Made by a program: the position numbers and the translations under genes. 64,000 nt of DNA from Squalus acanthias (Eukaryota). Positions 13,134 to 25,756 of this stretch are shown here, piece after piece. The notes under the pieces were generated by a model. The model was not told the DNA's origin, made no database searches, and saw only the letters and a program-made list of their open reading frames with translations. Location of the stretch: positions 310,001-374,000 of the forward strand of contig JASTWF010000361.1 of assembly GCA_030390025.1 (NCBI GenBank). Reading direction: 5' to 3'. Every line of letters starts with the position of its first letter. Position 1 is the first letter of the stretch.

Positions 13134-16100
13134 TGGGCCAGTAATCCAGAGTCCTGGACTAGTAACCCAGAGGCTGGGCTAGTAATCCAGAGGTCTGGGC
13201 TAAAAATCCGGAGGCTGGGCTAGTAATCCAGAGGCTGGGCTAGTAACCAGAGGCCTGGGCTAGTAAACTGGAGGCTGGACTAGTTATCCAGAGGCCTAGA
13301 CTAGTAATCCAGAGGCTGGGCTAGTAATCCAGAGGCATGGACCAGTAATCCAGAGGCCGGGCTAATAATCCAGAGGCCTGGCTAGTAATCCAGAAGCTGG
13401 ACTAATAATCCAGAGGCCTGGGCCAGTAATCCAGAGTCCTGGACTAGTAACCCAGAGGCTGGGCTAGTAATCCAGAGGTCTGGGCTAAAAATCCGGAGGC
13501 TGGGCTAGTAATCCAGAGGCCTGGGCTACTAATCCAGAGGCCTTGGCTAGTAATCCAGTGTCCTGGGCCAGTAATCCAGAGGCCTCGGCTAGTAATCCAG
13601 AGGTCTGGGCTCGTAACCAGAGGCCTGGACTAGTATTCCAAAGGCCTGGGCTAATACTCCAGAGGCTGGGCTATTAATCCAGAGGCCTGGGCTAGTAATC
13701 CAGAGGTCTGGGCTAGTAATCCGGCGGCCTAGACTAGTAATCCACAAGCCTGGGCGAGTAAACAAGAATATTGTTCCAGTAATTTAGAATCCTGGGATAG
13801 TAAAACAGAGGCCTGGGCTAGAAATCCCGAAGTCTGGCCTAGTAATCCAGAGGTCTGGGCTAGTAATCCAGAGGCCTGGACTAGTAATCCACAGGCCTGA
13901 GCTAGTAATCCAGAGGCCTGGGCTAGTAATCCAGAGTCCTTGGCTGGTAATCCAGAAGCCTCGGCTAGTAATCCAGAGTTTGGCTAGTAATCCAGAGGGC
14001 TGGGCTAGTAATCCACAGGCCTGGACAAGTAATCCACAGGCCTGGGCGAGTAAACAAGAATACTGTTCTAGTAATTTAGAATCCTGGGATAGTAAAACAG
14101 AGGCCTGGGCTAGAAATCCCGAAGTCTGGGCTAGTAATCCAGAAGTCTGGGCTAGTAATCCAGAGGTCTGGGCTCGTAATCCAGAGGTCTGGGCTGGTAA
14201 TCCAGTGGCTGGGCTAGTAATCCAGAGGCCTGGGCTAGTAATCCAGAGGCCTGGGCTAGTCATCCAGAGGACTGGGCTAGTCATCCAGAGGCCTAGGCTA
14301 GTAATCCAGAGGTCTAGGATAGTAATCCAGAGGCTGAGATAGTAATCCAGAGGCTGGACTAGTAATACAGTGGTCTGGGCTAGTAAGTCATAGGCCTGGG
14401 CTAGTAATCCAGAGGCCTGGGCTAATAATACAGATGCCTGGACTAGTAATCCAGAAGCTGGGATAGTAATCCAGAGTCCTGGACTACTAATCCAGAAACT
14501 GGACTAGTAATCCAGAGGCCTGGACCAGTAATCCAGAGTCCTGGACTAGTAACCCAGAGGCTGGGCTAGTAATCCAGAGGTCTGGGCTAAAAATCCGGAG
14601 GCTGGGCTAGTAATCCAGAGGCCTGGGCTGCTAATCCAGAGGCCTTGGCTAGTAATCCAGTGTCCTGGGCCAGTAATCCAGAGGCCTCGGCTAGTAATCC
14701 AGAGGTCTGGGCTCGTAACCAGAGGCCTGGACTAGTATTCCAACAGCCTGGGCTAATACTCCAGAGGCTGGGCTATTAATCCAGAGGCCTGGGCTAGTAA
14801 TCCAGAGGTCTGGGCTAGTAATCCGGAGGCCTAGACTAGTAATCCACAAGCCTGGGCGAGTAAACAAGAATATTGTTCTAGTAATTTAGAATCCTGGGCT
14901 AGTAAAACAGAGGCCTGGGCTAGAAATCCAGAAGTCTAGGCTAGTAATCCAGAGGTTGAGCTGGTAATCCTAGTTGGCCTAGTAATACAGTGGTCTGGGC
15001 TAGTAATTCATAGGCCTGGGCTATTAATCCTGAGGCTGGGTTTATAATCCAACGGCTGAGCCAGTTATCCAGAGGCCTGGACTAGTAATCCAGAGGCTGG
15101 GCTAGTAATCCAGAGGTCTGGTTTCGTAATCCAGAGGCCTGGACTAGTAATCCAGAGGCCAGTATTAGTAATCCAGAGGCCTGGGCTTGTAATCCAGAGG
15201 CCTGGGCTAGTAAACCAGAGGCCTGGACTAGTACACCAGACGCCTGGGCTAATATTCCAGAGGCTGGGCTAGTAATCCAGAGGCCTGGCCTATTTTCCAG
15301 AAGCCTGGCCTAGTAATCTAGAGGTCTAGACTAGTAATCTAATGGCCTGGACTAGTAATCCAGAGGCTGGGCTAGTAATCCAGAGGCCTGGGCTAGTAAT
15401 CCAGAGGCCTGGGCTAGTAATCCAGAGGCTGGGCTAGTAATACAGAGGCTGGACTATTAATCCAGGGGCCTGGGCTAGTAATCCAGAGGCCTCGGCTAGT
15501 AATCCAGAGGTCTGGGCTCGTAACCAGAGGCCTGGACTAGTATTCCAACGGCCTGGGCTAATACTCCAGAGGCTGGGCTATTAATCCAGAGGCCTGGGCT
15601 AGTAATCCAGAGGCTGGGCTAGTAATCCAGAGGCCTGGGCTAGTAATCCAGAGGCCTGGGCTAGTAATCCAGAGGCCTGGGCTAGTATTCCAGAGGCTGT
15701 GGTAGTAATCTAGAGGTTGAACTAGTAATCCAGAGGCTGGACTAATAATCCAGAGACCTGGGCTAGTAATCCAGAGGCCTGGGCTAGTAATCGAGAGGCT
15801 GGGCTAGTAATCCAGTGGCCTGGGCTCGTAATCCAGAGGTCTGGGCTAGTAATCTAAAGGCCTGGGCTAGTAATCCCGAGGCCTGGGCTAGTAATCGAGA
15901 GGCTGGACTAGTAATCCAGAGGCTGGGCTAGTAATCCAGAGGCCTGGGCTAGTAATCCCGAGGCCTGGGCTAGTTATCTAGAGGCCTGGGCTACTAATCC
16001 AGAGGCCTGGGCTAGTAATCCAGAGGCCTGGGCTAGTAATCCAGAGGCTGTTCCAGTAATCCAGGATCTGGGCTAGTAATCCAGAGGCCTGAACTAGTAA

Positions 16101-19100
16101 TCCAGAGGCTGGGCTAGTAATCCAGAGGCCTGGGCTAGTAATCCAGAGACTGGGCTAGTAATCCAGAGGCCTGGGCTAGTATTCCAGAGGCTGAGCTCGT
16201 AATCCAGAAGCCTGGGCTGGTAATCCTGAGGCTGAGCTAGTAATCCAGATGCCTGGACTAGTAATCCAGTGGCCTGGGCTTGTAATCCAGAGGTTGAGCT
16301 AGTAATCCAGAGGCCTGGGCGAGTATTCCTGAGGCTGGACTACTAATCCAGAGGCTGTGTTATTAATCTAGAGGCCTCACTAGTAATCCACAAACCTGGA
16401 CTAGTAATCTAGAGACCTTGACTAGTAATCCAGAGGCCTGGACTAGTGATCCAGAAACCTGGACTAGTAATCCAGAGGCCTGGTCTAGTAAACCAGAGGC
16501 TGGGCGAGTAATCCAAAGGCTGGACTAGTAATCCAGAGGCCTGGGCTAGTAATCCAGAGACCTGGTCTAGTAATCCAGAGTCTGGACTAGTAATCCAGTG
16601 GCCTGGGCTAGTACTCTAGAGGCCTGGGCTGGTAAACCAGAGGCTGGACTACTAATCCAGTGGCTAGACTAGTAATCAAGAGGCCTGGGCTAGTAATCCA
16701 GAGGCCTGGGCTAGTAATCCAGAGGCTGTGGTAGTAATCTAGAGGTTGAACTAGTAATCCAGAGGCTGGACTAATAATCCAGAGACCTGGGCTAGTAATC
16801 CAGAGGCCTGGGCTAGTAATCGAGAGGCTGGGCTAGTAATCCAGTGGCCTGGGCTCGTAATCCAGAGGTCTGGGCTAGTAATCTAAAGGCCTGGGCTAGT
16901 AATCCCGAGGCCTGGGCTAGTAATCGAGAGGCTGGACTAGTAATCCAGAGGCTGGGCTAGTAATCCAGAGGCCTGGGCTAGTAATCCCGAGGCCTGGGCT
17001 AGTAATCCAGAGGCCTGGGCTACTAATCCAGAGGCCTGGGCTAGTAATCCAGAGGCCTGGGCTACTAATCCAGAGGCCTGGGCTAGTAATCCAGAGGCCT
17101 GGGCTAGTAATCCAGAGGCTGTTCCAGTAATCCAGGATCTGGGCTAGTAATCCAGAGGCCTGAACTAGTAATCCAAAGGCTGGGCTAGTAATCCAGAGGC
17201 CTGGGCTAGTAATCCAGAGACTGGGCTTGTAATCCAGAGGCTGGGCTAGTAATCCAGAGGCCTGGAATAGTAATCCAGAGGCCTGGGCTAGTAAATAAGA
17301 ATTTTGTTCGAGTAATTCAGAATCCTGGGCTAGCAAAACAGAGGCTGGGCTAGTAATCCAGAGGCCTGGGCTAGTAATCCAGAAGTCTGGGTTAGTACTC
17401 CAGAGGCCTGGGCTAGTAATCCAGAGGTCTGGGCTAGTAATCCAGAGGTCTGGACTAGTAATCCAGAGGCTGGGCTAGTAATTCAGAGGCCTGTGCTAGT
17501 AATCCAGAGGCCTGGGCTAGTAATCCAGAAGTCTGGGCTAGTAATCCAGAGGCCTGGGCTAGTAATCCAGAGGCTGAGCTAGTAATCCAGAGGCCTGGGC
17601 TGGTAATCCTGAGGCTGGGCTAGTAATCCAGAGGCCTGGACTAGTAATCCAGAGGCCTGGGCTTGTAATCCAGAGGTTGAGCTAGTAATCCAGAGGCCTG
17701 GGTGAGTATTCCAGAGGCTGGTTTAGTAATCCAGAGGCTGTGTTAGTAATCTAGAGGCTGGACTAGTAATCCAGAAACCTGGACTAGTAATCTAGTGACC
17801 TAGGCTGGTAATCCAGAGGCTGGATAGTAATCCAGAGGCCTGGACTAGTAATCCAGAAACCTGGACTAGTAATCCAGAGGCCTGGTCTATTAAACCAGAG
17901 GCTGTGCTAGTAATCCAGAGGCTGGACTAGTAATCCAGAGGCCTGGGCTAGTAATCCAGAAACCTGGTCTAGTAATCCAGAGGTTGGACTAGTAATCCAG
18001 TGGCTGGACTAGTAATCCAGTGGCCTGGGCTAGTAATCCAGAGGCCTCGGCTAGTAATCCAGAGGCCTGGACTAGTAATCCAGAGGCTGTGTTAGTAATC
18101 TAGAGGCTGGAGTAGTAATCCAGAAACTGGACTAATAATCCAGTGGCCTGGGCTCGTAATCCAGAGGCCTGGGCTAGTAATCGAGAGGCTGGACTAGTAA
18201 TCCAGTGGCCTGGGCTCGTAATCCATTGACTGGACTAGTAATTCACAGGCCTAGGCTAGTAATCCAGAGGCCTGGGCTAGTAATCCAGAAGTCTGGGCTA
18301 GTAATCCAGAGGCCTGGGCTAGTAATCCAGAGGCTGAGCTAGTAATCCAGAGGCCTGGGCTGGTAATCCTGAGGCTGGACTAGTAATCCAGTGGCCTGGG
18401 TGAGTATTCCAGAGGCTGGCCTCGTAATCCAGAGGCTGTTTTAGTAATTTAGAGGCTGGACTTGTAATCCAGAAACCTGGACTAGTAATCTAGTGACCTA
18501 GGCTGGTAATCCAGAGGCTGGATAGTAATCCAGAGGCCTGGACTAGTAATCCAGAAACCTGGACTAGTAATCCAGAGGCCTGGTCTAGTAAACCAGAGGC
18601 TGGGCTAGTAATCCAGAGGCTGGACTAGTAATCCAGAGGCCTGGGCTAGTAATCCAGAGGCCTGGGCTAGTAATCCAGAGGCTGTGGTAGTAATCTAGAG
18701 GTTGAACTGGTAATCCAGAGGCTGGACTAATAATCCAGAGACCTGGGCTAGTAATCCAGAGGCCTGGGCTAGTAATCGAGAGGCTGGGCTAGTAATCCAG
18801 TGGCCTGGGCTCGTAATCCAGAGGTCTGGGCTAGTAATCGAGAGGCTGGACTAGTAATCCAGTGGCCTGGGCTCGTAATCCATTGACTGGACTAGTAATT
18901 CACAGGCCTAGGCTAGTAATCCAGAGGCCTGGGCTAGTAATCCAGAAGTCTGGGCTAGTAATCCAGAGGCCTGGGCTAGTAATCCAGAGGCTGAGCTAGT
19001 AATCCAGAGGCCTGGGCTGGTAATCCTGAGGCTGGACTAGTAATCCAGTGGCCTGGGTGAGTATTCCAGAGGCTGGCCTCGTAATCCAGAGGCTGTTTTA

Positions 19101-22100
19101 GTAATTTAGAGGCTGGACTTGTAATCCAGAAACCTGGACTAGTAATCTAGTGACCTAGGCTGGTAATCCAGAGGCTGGGCTAGTAATCCAGAGGTCTGGG
19201 CTAAAAATCCGGAGGCTGGGCTAGTAATCCAGAGGCCTGGGCTACTAATCCAGAGGCCTTGGCTAGTAATCCAGTGTCCTGGGCCAGTAATCCAGAGGCC
19301 TCGGCTAGTAATCCAGAGGTCTGGGCTCGTAACCAGAGGCCTGGACTAGTATTCCAACGGCCTGGGCTAATACTCCAGAGGCTGGGCTATTAATCCAGAG
19401 GCCTGGGCTAGTAATCCAGAGGTCTGGGCTAGTAATCCGGAGGCCTAGACTAGTAATCCACAAGCCTGGGCGAGTAAACAAGAATATTGTTCTAGTAATT
19501 TAGAATCCTGGGCTAGTAAAACAGAGGCCTGGGCTAGAAATCCAGAAGTCTAGGCTAGTAATCCAGAGGTTGAGCTAGTAATCCTAGTTGGCCTAGTAAT
19601 ACAGTGGTCTGGGCTAGTAATTCATAGGCCTGGGCTATTAATCCTGAGGCTGGGTTTATAATCCAACGGCTGAGCCAGTTATCCAGAGGCCTGGACTAGT
19701 AATCCAGAGGCTGGGCTAGTAATCCAGAGGTCTGGTTTCGTAATCCAGAGGCCTGGACTAGTAATCCAGAGGCCAGTATTAGTAATCCAGAGGCCTGGGC
19801 TTGTAATCCAGAGGCCTGGGCTAGTAAACCAGAGGCCTGGACTAGTACACCAGACGCCTGGGCTAATATTCCAGAGGCTGGGCTAGTAATCCAGAGGCCT
19901 GGCCTATTTTCCAGAAGCCTGGCCTAGTAATCTAGAGGCCGAGACTAATAATCTAATGGCCTGGACTAGTAATCCAGAGGCTGGGCTAGTAATCCAGAGG
20001 CCTGGGCTAGTAATCCAGAGGCCTGGGCTAGTAATCCAGAGGCTGGGCTAGTAATACAGAGGCTGGACTATTAATCCAGGGGCCTGGGCTAGTAATCCAG
20101 AGGCCTCGGCTAGTAATCCAGAGGTCTGGGCTCGTAACCAGAGGCCTGGACTAGTATTCCAACGGCCTGGGCTAATACTCCAGAGGCTGGGCTATTAATC
20201 CAGAGGCCTGGGCTAGTAATCCAGAGGCTGGGCTAGTAATCCAGAGGCCTGGGCTAGTAATCCAGAGGCCTGGGCTAGTAATCCAGAGGCTGGGCTAGTA
20301 ATACAGAGGCTGGACTATTAATCCAGGGGCCTGGGCTAGTAATCCAGAGGCTGGACTAGTAATCCAGAGGCTGGGCTAGTAATCCAGAGGCTGGGCTAGT
20401 AACCAGAGGCCTGGGCTAGTAAACTGGAGGCTGGACTAGTTATCCAGAGGCTGGGCTAGTAATGCAGAGGCTAGGCTAGTAATCCAGAGGCCTAGACTAG
20501 TAATCCAGAGGCTGGGCTAGTAATCCAGAGGCATGGACCAGTAATCCAGAGGCCGGGCTAATAATCCAGAGGCCTGGCTAGTAATCCAGAGGGCTGAACT
20601 AGTAATCCACAGGCTGGTCTTGTAATCCAGAGTTTGGGCTAGTAATCCAGATGCTGGGTTGGTAATTCAGATGTCTGGGCTAGTAATCCAGAGGCTGGGC
20701 TAGTAATCCAGTGGCTGGGCTAGTATTCCAGAGTCTAGGCTAGAAATCTAGAGGCCTGGGTTTGTAATCCACTGGACTAGTAATCCAGAGGCCTGTGCTA
20801 GTAATTCAGAGGCTCGGCTAGTAATCCAGAGGTCTGGGCTAGTAATCCAGAGGCCTGGGCTAGTATTCCAGAGGCTGAGCTCGTAATCCAGAAGCCTGGG
20901 CTGGTAATCCTGAGGCTGAGCTAGTAATCCAGATGCCTGGACTAGTAATCCAGTGGCCTGGGCTTGTAATCCAGAGGTTGAGCTAGTAATCCAGAGGCCT
21001 GGGCGAGTATTCCCGAGGCTGGACTACTAATCCAGAGGCTGTGTTATTAATCTAGAGGCCTCACTAGTAATCCACAAACCTGGACTAGTAATCTAGAGAC
21101 CTTGACTAGTAATCCAGAGGCCTGGACTAGTGATCCAGAAACCTGGACTAGTAATCCAGAGGCCTGGTCTAGTAAACCAGAGGCTGGGCGAGTAATCCAA
21201 AGGCTGGACTAGTAATCCAGAGGCCTGGGCTAGTAATCCAGAGACCTGGTCTAGTAATCCAGAGTCTGGACTAGTAATCCAGTGGCCTGGGCTAGTACTC
21301 TAGAGGCCTGGGCTGGTAAACCAGAGGCTGGACTACTAATCCAGTGGCTAGACTAGTAATCAAGAGGCCTGGGCTAGTAATCCAGAGGCCTGGGCTAGTA
21401 ATCCAGAGGCTGTGGTAGTAATCTAGAGGTTGAACTAGTAATCCAGAGGCTGGACTAATAATCCAGAGACCTGGGCTAGTAATCCAGAGGCCTGGGCTAG
21501 TAATCGAGAGGCTGGGCTAGTAATCCAGTGGCCTGGGCTCGTAATCCAGAGGTCTGGGCTAGTAATCTAAAGGCCTGGGCTAGTAATCCCAAGGCCTGGG
21601 CTAGTAATCGAGAGGCTGGACTAGTAATCCAGAGGCTGGGCTAGTAATCCAGAGGCCTGGGCTAGTAATCCCGAGGCCTGGGCTAGTAATCCAGAGGCCT
21701 GGGCTACTAATCCAGAGGCCTGGGCTAGTAATCCAGAGGCCTGGGCTAGTAATCCAGAGGCTGTTCCAGTAATCCAGGATCTGGGCTAGTAATCCAGAGG
21801 CCTGAACTAGTAATCCAAAGGCTGGGCTAGTAATCCAGAGGCCTGGGCTAGTAATCCAGAGACTGGGCTTGTAATCCAGAGGCTGGGCTAGTAATCCAGA
21901 GGCCTGGAATAGTAATCCAGAGGCCTGGGCTAGTAAATAAGAATTTTGTTCGAGTAATTCAGAATCCTGGGCTAGCAAAACAGAGGCTGGGCTAGTAATC
22001 CAGAGGCCTGGGCTAGTAATCCAGAAGTCTGGGTTAGTACTCCAGAGGCCTGGGCTAGTAATCCAGAGGTCTGGGCTAGTAATCCAGAGGTCTGGACTAG

Positions 22101-23801
22101 TAATCCAGAGGCTGGGCTAGTAATTCAGAGGCCTGTGCTAGTAATCCAGAGGCCTGGGCTAGTAATCCAGAAGTCTGGGCTAGTAATCCAGAGGCCTGGG
22201 CTAGTAATCCAGAGGCTGAGCTAGTAATCCAGAGGCCTGGGCTGGTAATCCTGAGGCTGGGCTAGTAATCCAGAGGCCTGGACTAGTAATCCAGAGGCCT
22301 GGGCTTGTAATCCAGAGGTTGAGCTAGTAATCCAGAGGCCTGGGTGAGTATTCCAGAGGCTGGTTTAGTAATCCAGAGGCTGTGTTAGTAATCTAGAGGC
22401 TGGACTAGTAATCCAGAAACCTGGACTAGTAATCTAGTGACCTAGGCTGGTAATCCAGAGGCTGGATAGTAATCCAGAGGCCTGGACTAGTAATCCAGAA
22501 ACCTGGACTAGTAATCCAGAGGCCTGGTCTATTAAACCAGAGGCTGTGCTAGTAATCCAGAGGCTGGACTAGTAATCCAGAGGCCTGGGCTAGTAATCCA
22601 GAAACCTGGTCTAGAAATCCAGAGGTTGGACTAGTAATCCAGTGGCTGGACTAGTAATCCAGTGGCCTGGGCTAGTAATCCAGAGGCCTCGGCTAGTAAT
22701 CCAGAGGCCTGGACTAGTAATCCAGAGGCTGTGTTAGTAATCTAGAGGCTGGAGTAGTAATCCAGAAACTGGACTAATAATCCAGTGGCCTGGGCTCGTA
22801 ATCCAGAGGCCTGGGCTAGTAATCGAGAGGCTGGACTAGTAATCCAGTGGCCTGGGCTCGTAATCCATTGACTGGACTAGTAATTCACAGGCCTAGGCTA
22901 GTAATCCAGAGGCATGGGCTAGTAATCCAGAAGTCTGGGCTAGTAATCCAGAGGCCTGGGCTAGTAATCCAGAGGCTGAGCTAGTAATCCAGAGGCCTGG
23001 GCTGGTAATCCTGAGGCTGGACTAGTAATCCAGTGGCCTGGGTGAGTATTCCAGAGGCTGGCCTCGTAATCCAGAGGCTGTTTTAGTAATTTAGAGGCTG
23101 GATTTGTAATCCAGAAACCTGGACTAGTAATCTAGTGACCTAGGCTGGTAATCCAGAGGCTGGATAGTAATCCAGAGGCCTGGACTAGTAATCCAGAAAC
23201 CTGGACTAGTAATCCAGAGGCCTGGTCTAGTAAACCAGAGGCTGGGCTAGTAATCCAGAGGCTGGACTAGTAATCCAGAGGCCTGGGCTAGTAATCCAGA
23301 GGCCTGGTCTAGTAATCCAGAGGTTGGACTAGTAATCCAGTGGCTGAACTAGTAATCCAGTGGCCTGGGCTAGTAATCCAGAGGCCTGGGCTAGTAATCC
23401 AGAGGCCTGGACTAGTAATCCAGAGGCTGTGTTAGTAATCTAGAGGCTGGACTAGTAATCCAGAGGCTGGACTAATAATCCAGTGGCCTGGGCTCATAAT
23501 CCAGAGGCCTGGGCTAGTAATCGAGAGGCTGGACTAGTAATCCAGTGGCCTGGGCTCGTAATCCAGAGACTGGGCAAGTAATCCAATGGCTGGGCTAGTA
23601 ATCCAAAGTCTGGGCTAATAATCCAGAGGCTGGACTCGTAATCCAGAGTCCTGGACTAGTAATTCAGAGGCCTGGGCTAGTAATCCAGAGGTCTGGGCTA
23701 GTAATCCAGAGGCTGGGCTAGTAATCCAGAGGCCTGCGCTAGTAATCCAGAGGCCTGGGCTAGTAATCCAGAGGCCTGGGCTAGTAATCTAGAGGCCTGG
23801 G

Positions 23802-24591
23802 TGTGGTAACACAATACAGTTTCCTGTGACTCGAACTTTATTGCATCACTTCCTGTGATTAGTCCAGGATAAATACTGGACTGATCAGTTGGATCCTGGA
23901 GAGGCATAGAGTAAGACCTCTTTTGTATGTAACACCTTTTTAGTTGATTAAAGCTTACTTTAAGTTCACCACGCGTAAGGCTCATTCTTACGACAATTTA
24001 ATCAACTTTGGAAAACTTCGCACTCAAACTTTTTGGACAAACTCGGAACTAAGGATCCAGGGAATCACCCATCATGGAAAACATCCTTAAACCATCGCGT
24101 CTTGACTTGGACCCAAACACCCCAGCAGCCGGTAAGGTGTGGAAACACTGGTATCGCACGTTTGACAATTTTTTGGAATATTGCAAGGCTGATGATGACT
24201 CAAAGTTGCGGATACTCATCAACTGTGTCACCCCGAATGTATTTCAGTATGTGGAGGAATGGGGCAGTTACGAGGAGGCAATTTGGACGCTTAAGAGACT
24301 ATATACTAAGACACCGAATGAGGTCTATGCCAGACATCTACTAGCTACAGCCCAACAAGGGCCGGAGGAATCCATTGATAAATTCCTCCAAGAGCTTCGC
24401 AGACTTAGTATGGACTGTAACTTTCAGGCGGCCTCAGCTGAGCTGTACCGTGAAGAAATGATCCGTGATGCTTTCATCTGCGGGCTTGCCTCCCCATTTA
24501 TACGCCAGCGTCTACTGGAAAGTAAGAGCTTCAGAGAGCTTATGACATGGCTTGCTCTCTAGATCTGGCAAAAAGAAATGCAGACCTTTAT
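23802..24591 (+). mobile_element. Second 3'-truncated Ty3/Gypsy copy (LTR 23802-23995)
   Basis: Same flanks, same 7-bp deletion and same truncation point as 3288-4077; offset 20514 bp. Confidence 0.95.
24074..24562 (+). pseudogene. Truncated, frameshifted Gypsy gag
   Basis: 162-aa ORF identical to 3560-4048. Confidence 0.9.
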
Positions 24592-25621
24592 CCAGGGTCT
24601 GGGCTAGTAATCCAGAGGCCTGGACTAGTAATCCAGAGGCTGGGCTTGTAATCCAGAGGCTGGGCTAGTAATCCAGTGGCTGGGCTTGTAATCCAGAGGC
24701 TGGGCTAGTAATCCAGAGGCTGGACTAGTAATGCAGTGGTCTGGGCTAGTAATCCAGTGGCCTGGGCTAGTAATCCAGAGGCCTGGGCTAGTAATCCAGT
24801 GGCCTGGGCTAGTAATCCAGAGGCTGGACTAGTAATGCAGTGGTCTGGGCTAGTAATCCAGTGGCCTGGGCTAGTAATCCAGAGGCCTGGTCTAGTAATC
24901 CAGTGGCCTGGGCTAGTAATCCAGAGGCCTGGGCTAGTTATCCAGTGCTCTGGGCTAGTAATGTAGAGGCCTGGTCCAGTAATCCAGAGGCCTGGGCTAG
25001 TAATCTAGTGGTCTGGGCTGGTAATCCAGAGGGCTGGGCTAGTAATCCACAGACCTGGACTAGTAATCCACAGGCCTGGGCGATTAAACAAGAATATTGT
25101 TCTAGTAATTTAGAATCCTGGGATAGTAAAACAGAGGCCTGGGCTAGAAATCCCGAAGTCTGGCCTAGTAATCCAGAGGTCTGGGCTAGTAATCCAGAGG
25201 CCTGGACTAGTAATCCACAGGCCTGGGCGAGTAAACAAGAATATTGTTCTAGTAATTTAGAATCCTGGGATAGCAAAACAGAGGCCTGGGCTAGTAATCC
25301 AGAGGCCTGGGCTAGTAATCCAGAGTTCTGGGCTGGTAATCCAGAGGTCTGGGCTGGTAATCCAGTGTCTGGGCCAGTAATCCAGAAGTCTAGGCTAGTA
25401 ATCCAGAGGCTGAGCTAGTAATCCAGAGGTCTGGGCTCGTAATCCAGAGGTCTGGGCTGGTAATCCAGAGGCCTGTTCTAGTAATCCAGAGACCTGGGCA
25501 AGTAATCCAGAAGTCTGGGCTAGTAATCCAGAGGCCGAGCTAGTAATCCAGAGATTTGGCTTGTAATCCAGGGTCTGGGCTAGTAATCCAGAGGCTGGGC
25601 TCGCAATCCAGAGGCTGGACT

Positions 25622-25658
25622 AGTTCTGATGAAAGGTCATCGACCTGAAACGTCAACT
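25622..25658 (+). ncRNA. Minimal type I hammerhead ribozyme motif
   Basis: AGTT-CTGATGA-A-AGGTC-ATC-GACCT-GAA-AC-GT-C-AACT: stem I AGTT/AACT, core CUGAUGA and GAAA, stem II AGGTC/GACCT, palindromic stem III ACGT, GUC cleavage triplet. Confidence 0.75.
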
Positions 25659-25756
25659 CTCTTTCTCTCTCCACGGATGCTGCCTGGCCTGCTGAGTTTT
25701 TCCAGCGTTTTCTGTTGTTATTTCGGATTTCCAGCATCTGCAGTATTTTGCTATCG
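25624..25756 (+). mobile_element. Short Penelope-like terminal fragment inserted in the satellite
   Basis: Matches the 3' termini of the Penelope-like arms (43877-44011 minus, 49998-50100 plus). Flanked by a short TAG(T) duplication of satellite. Confidence 0.85.
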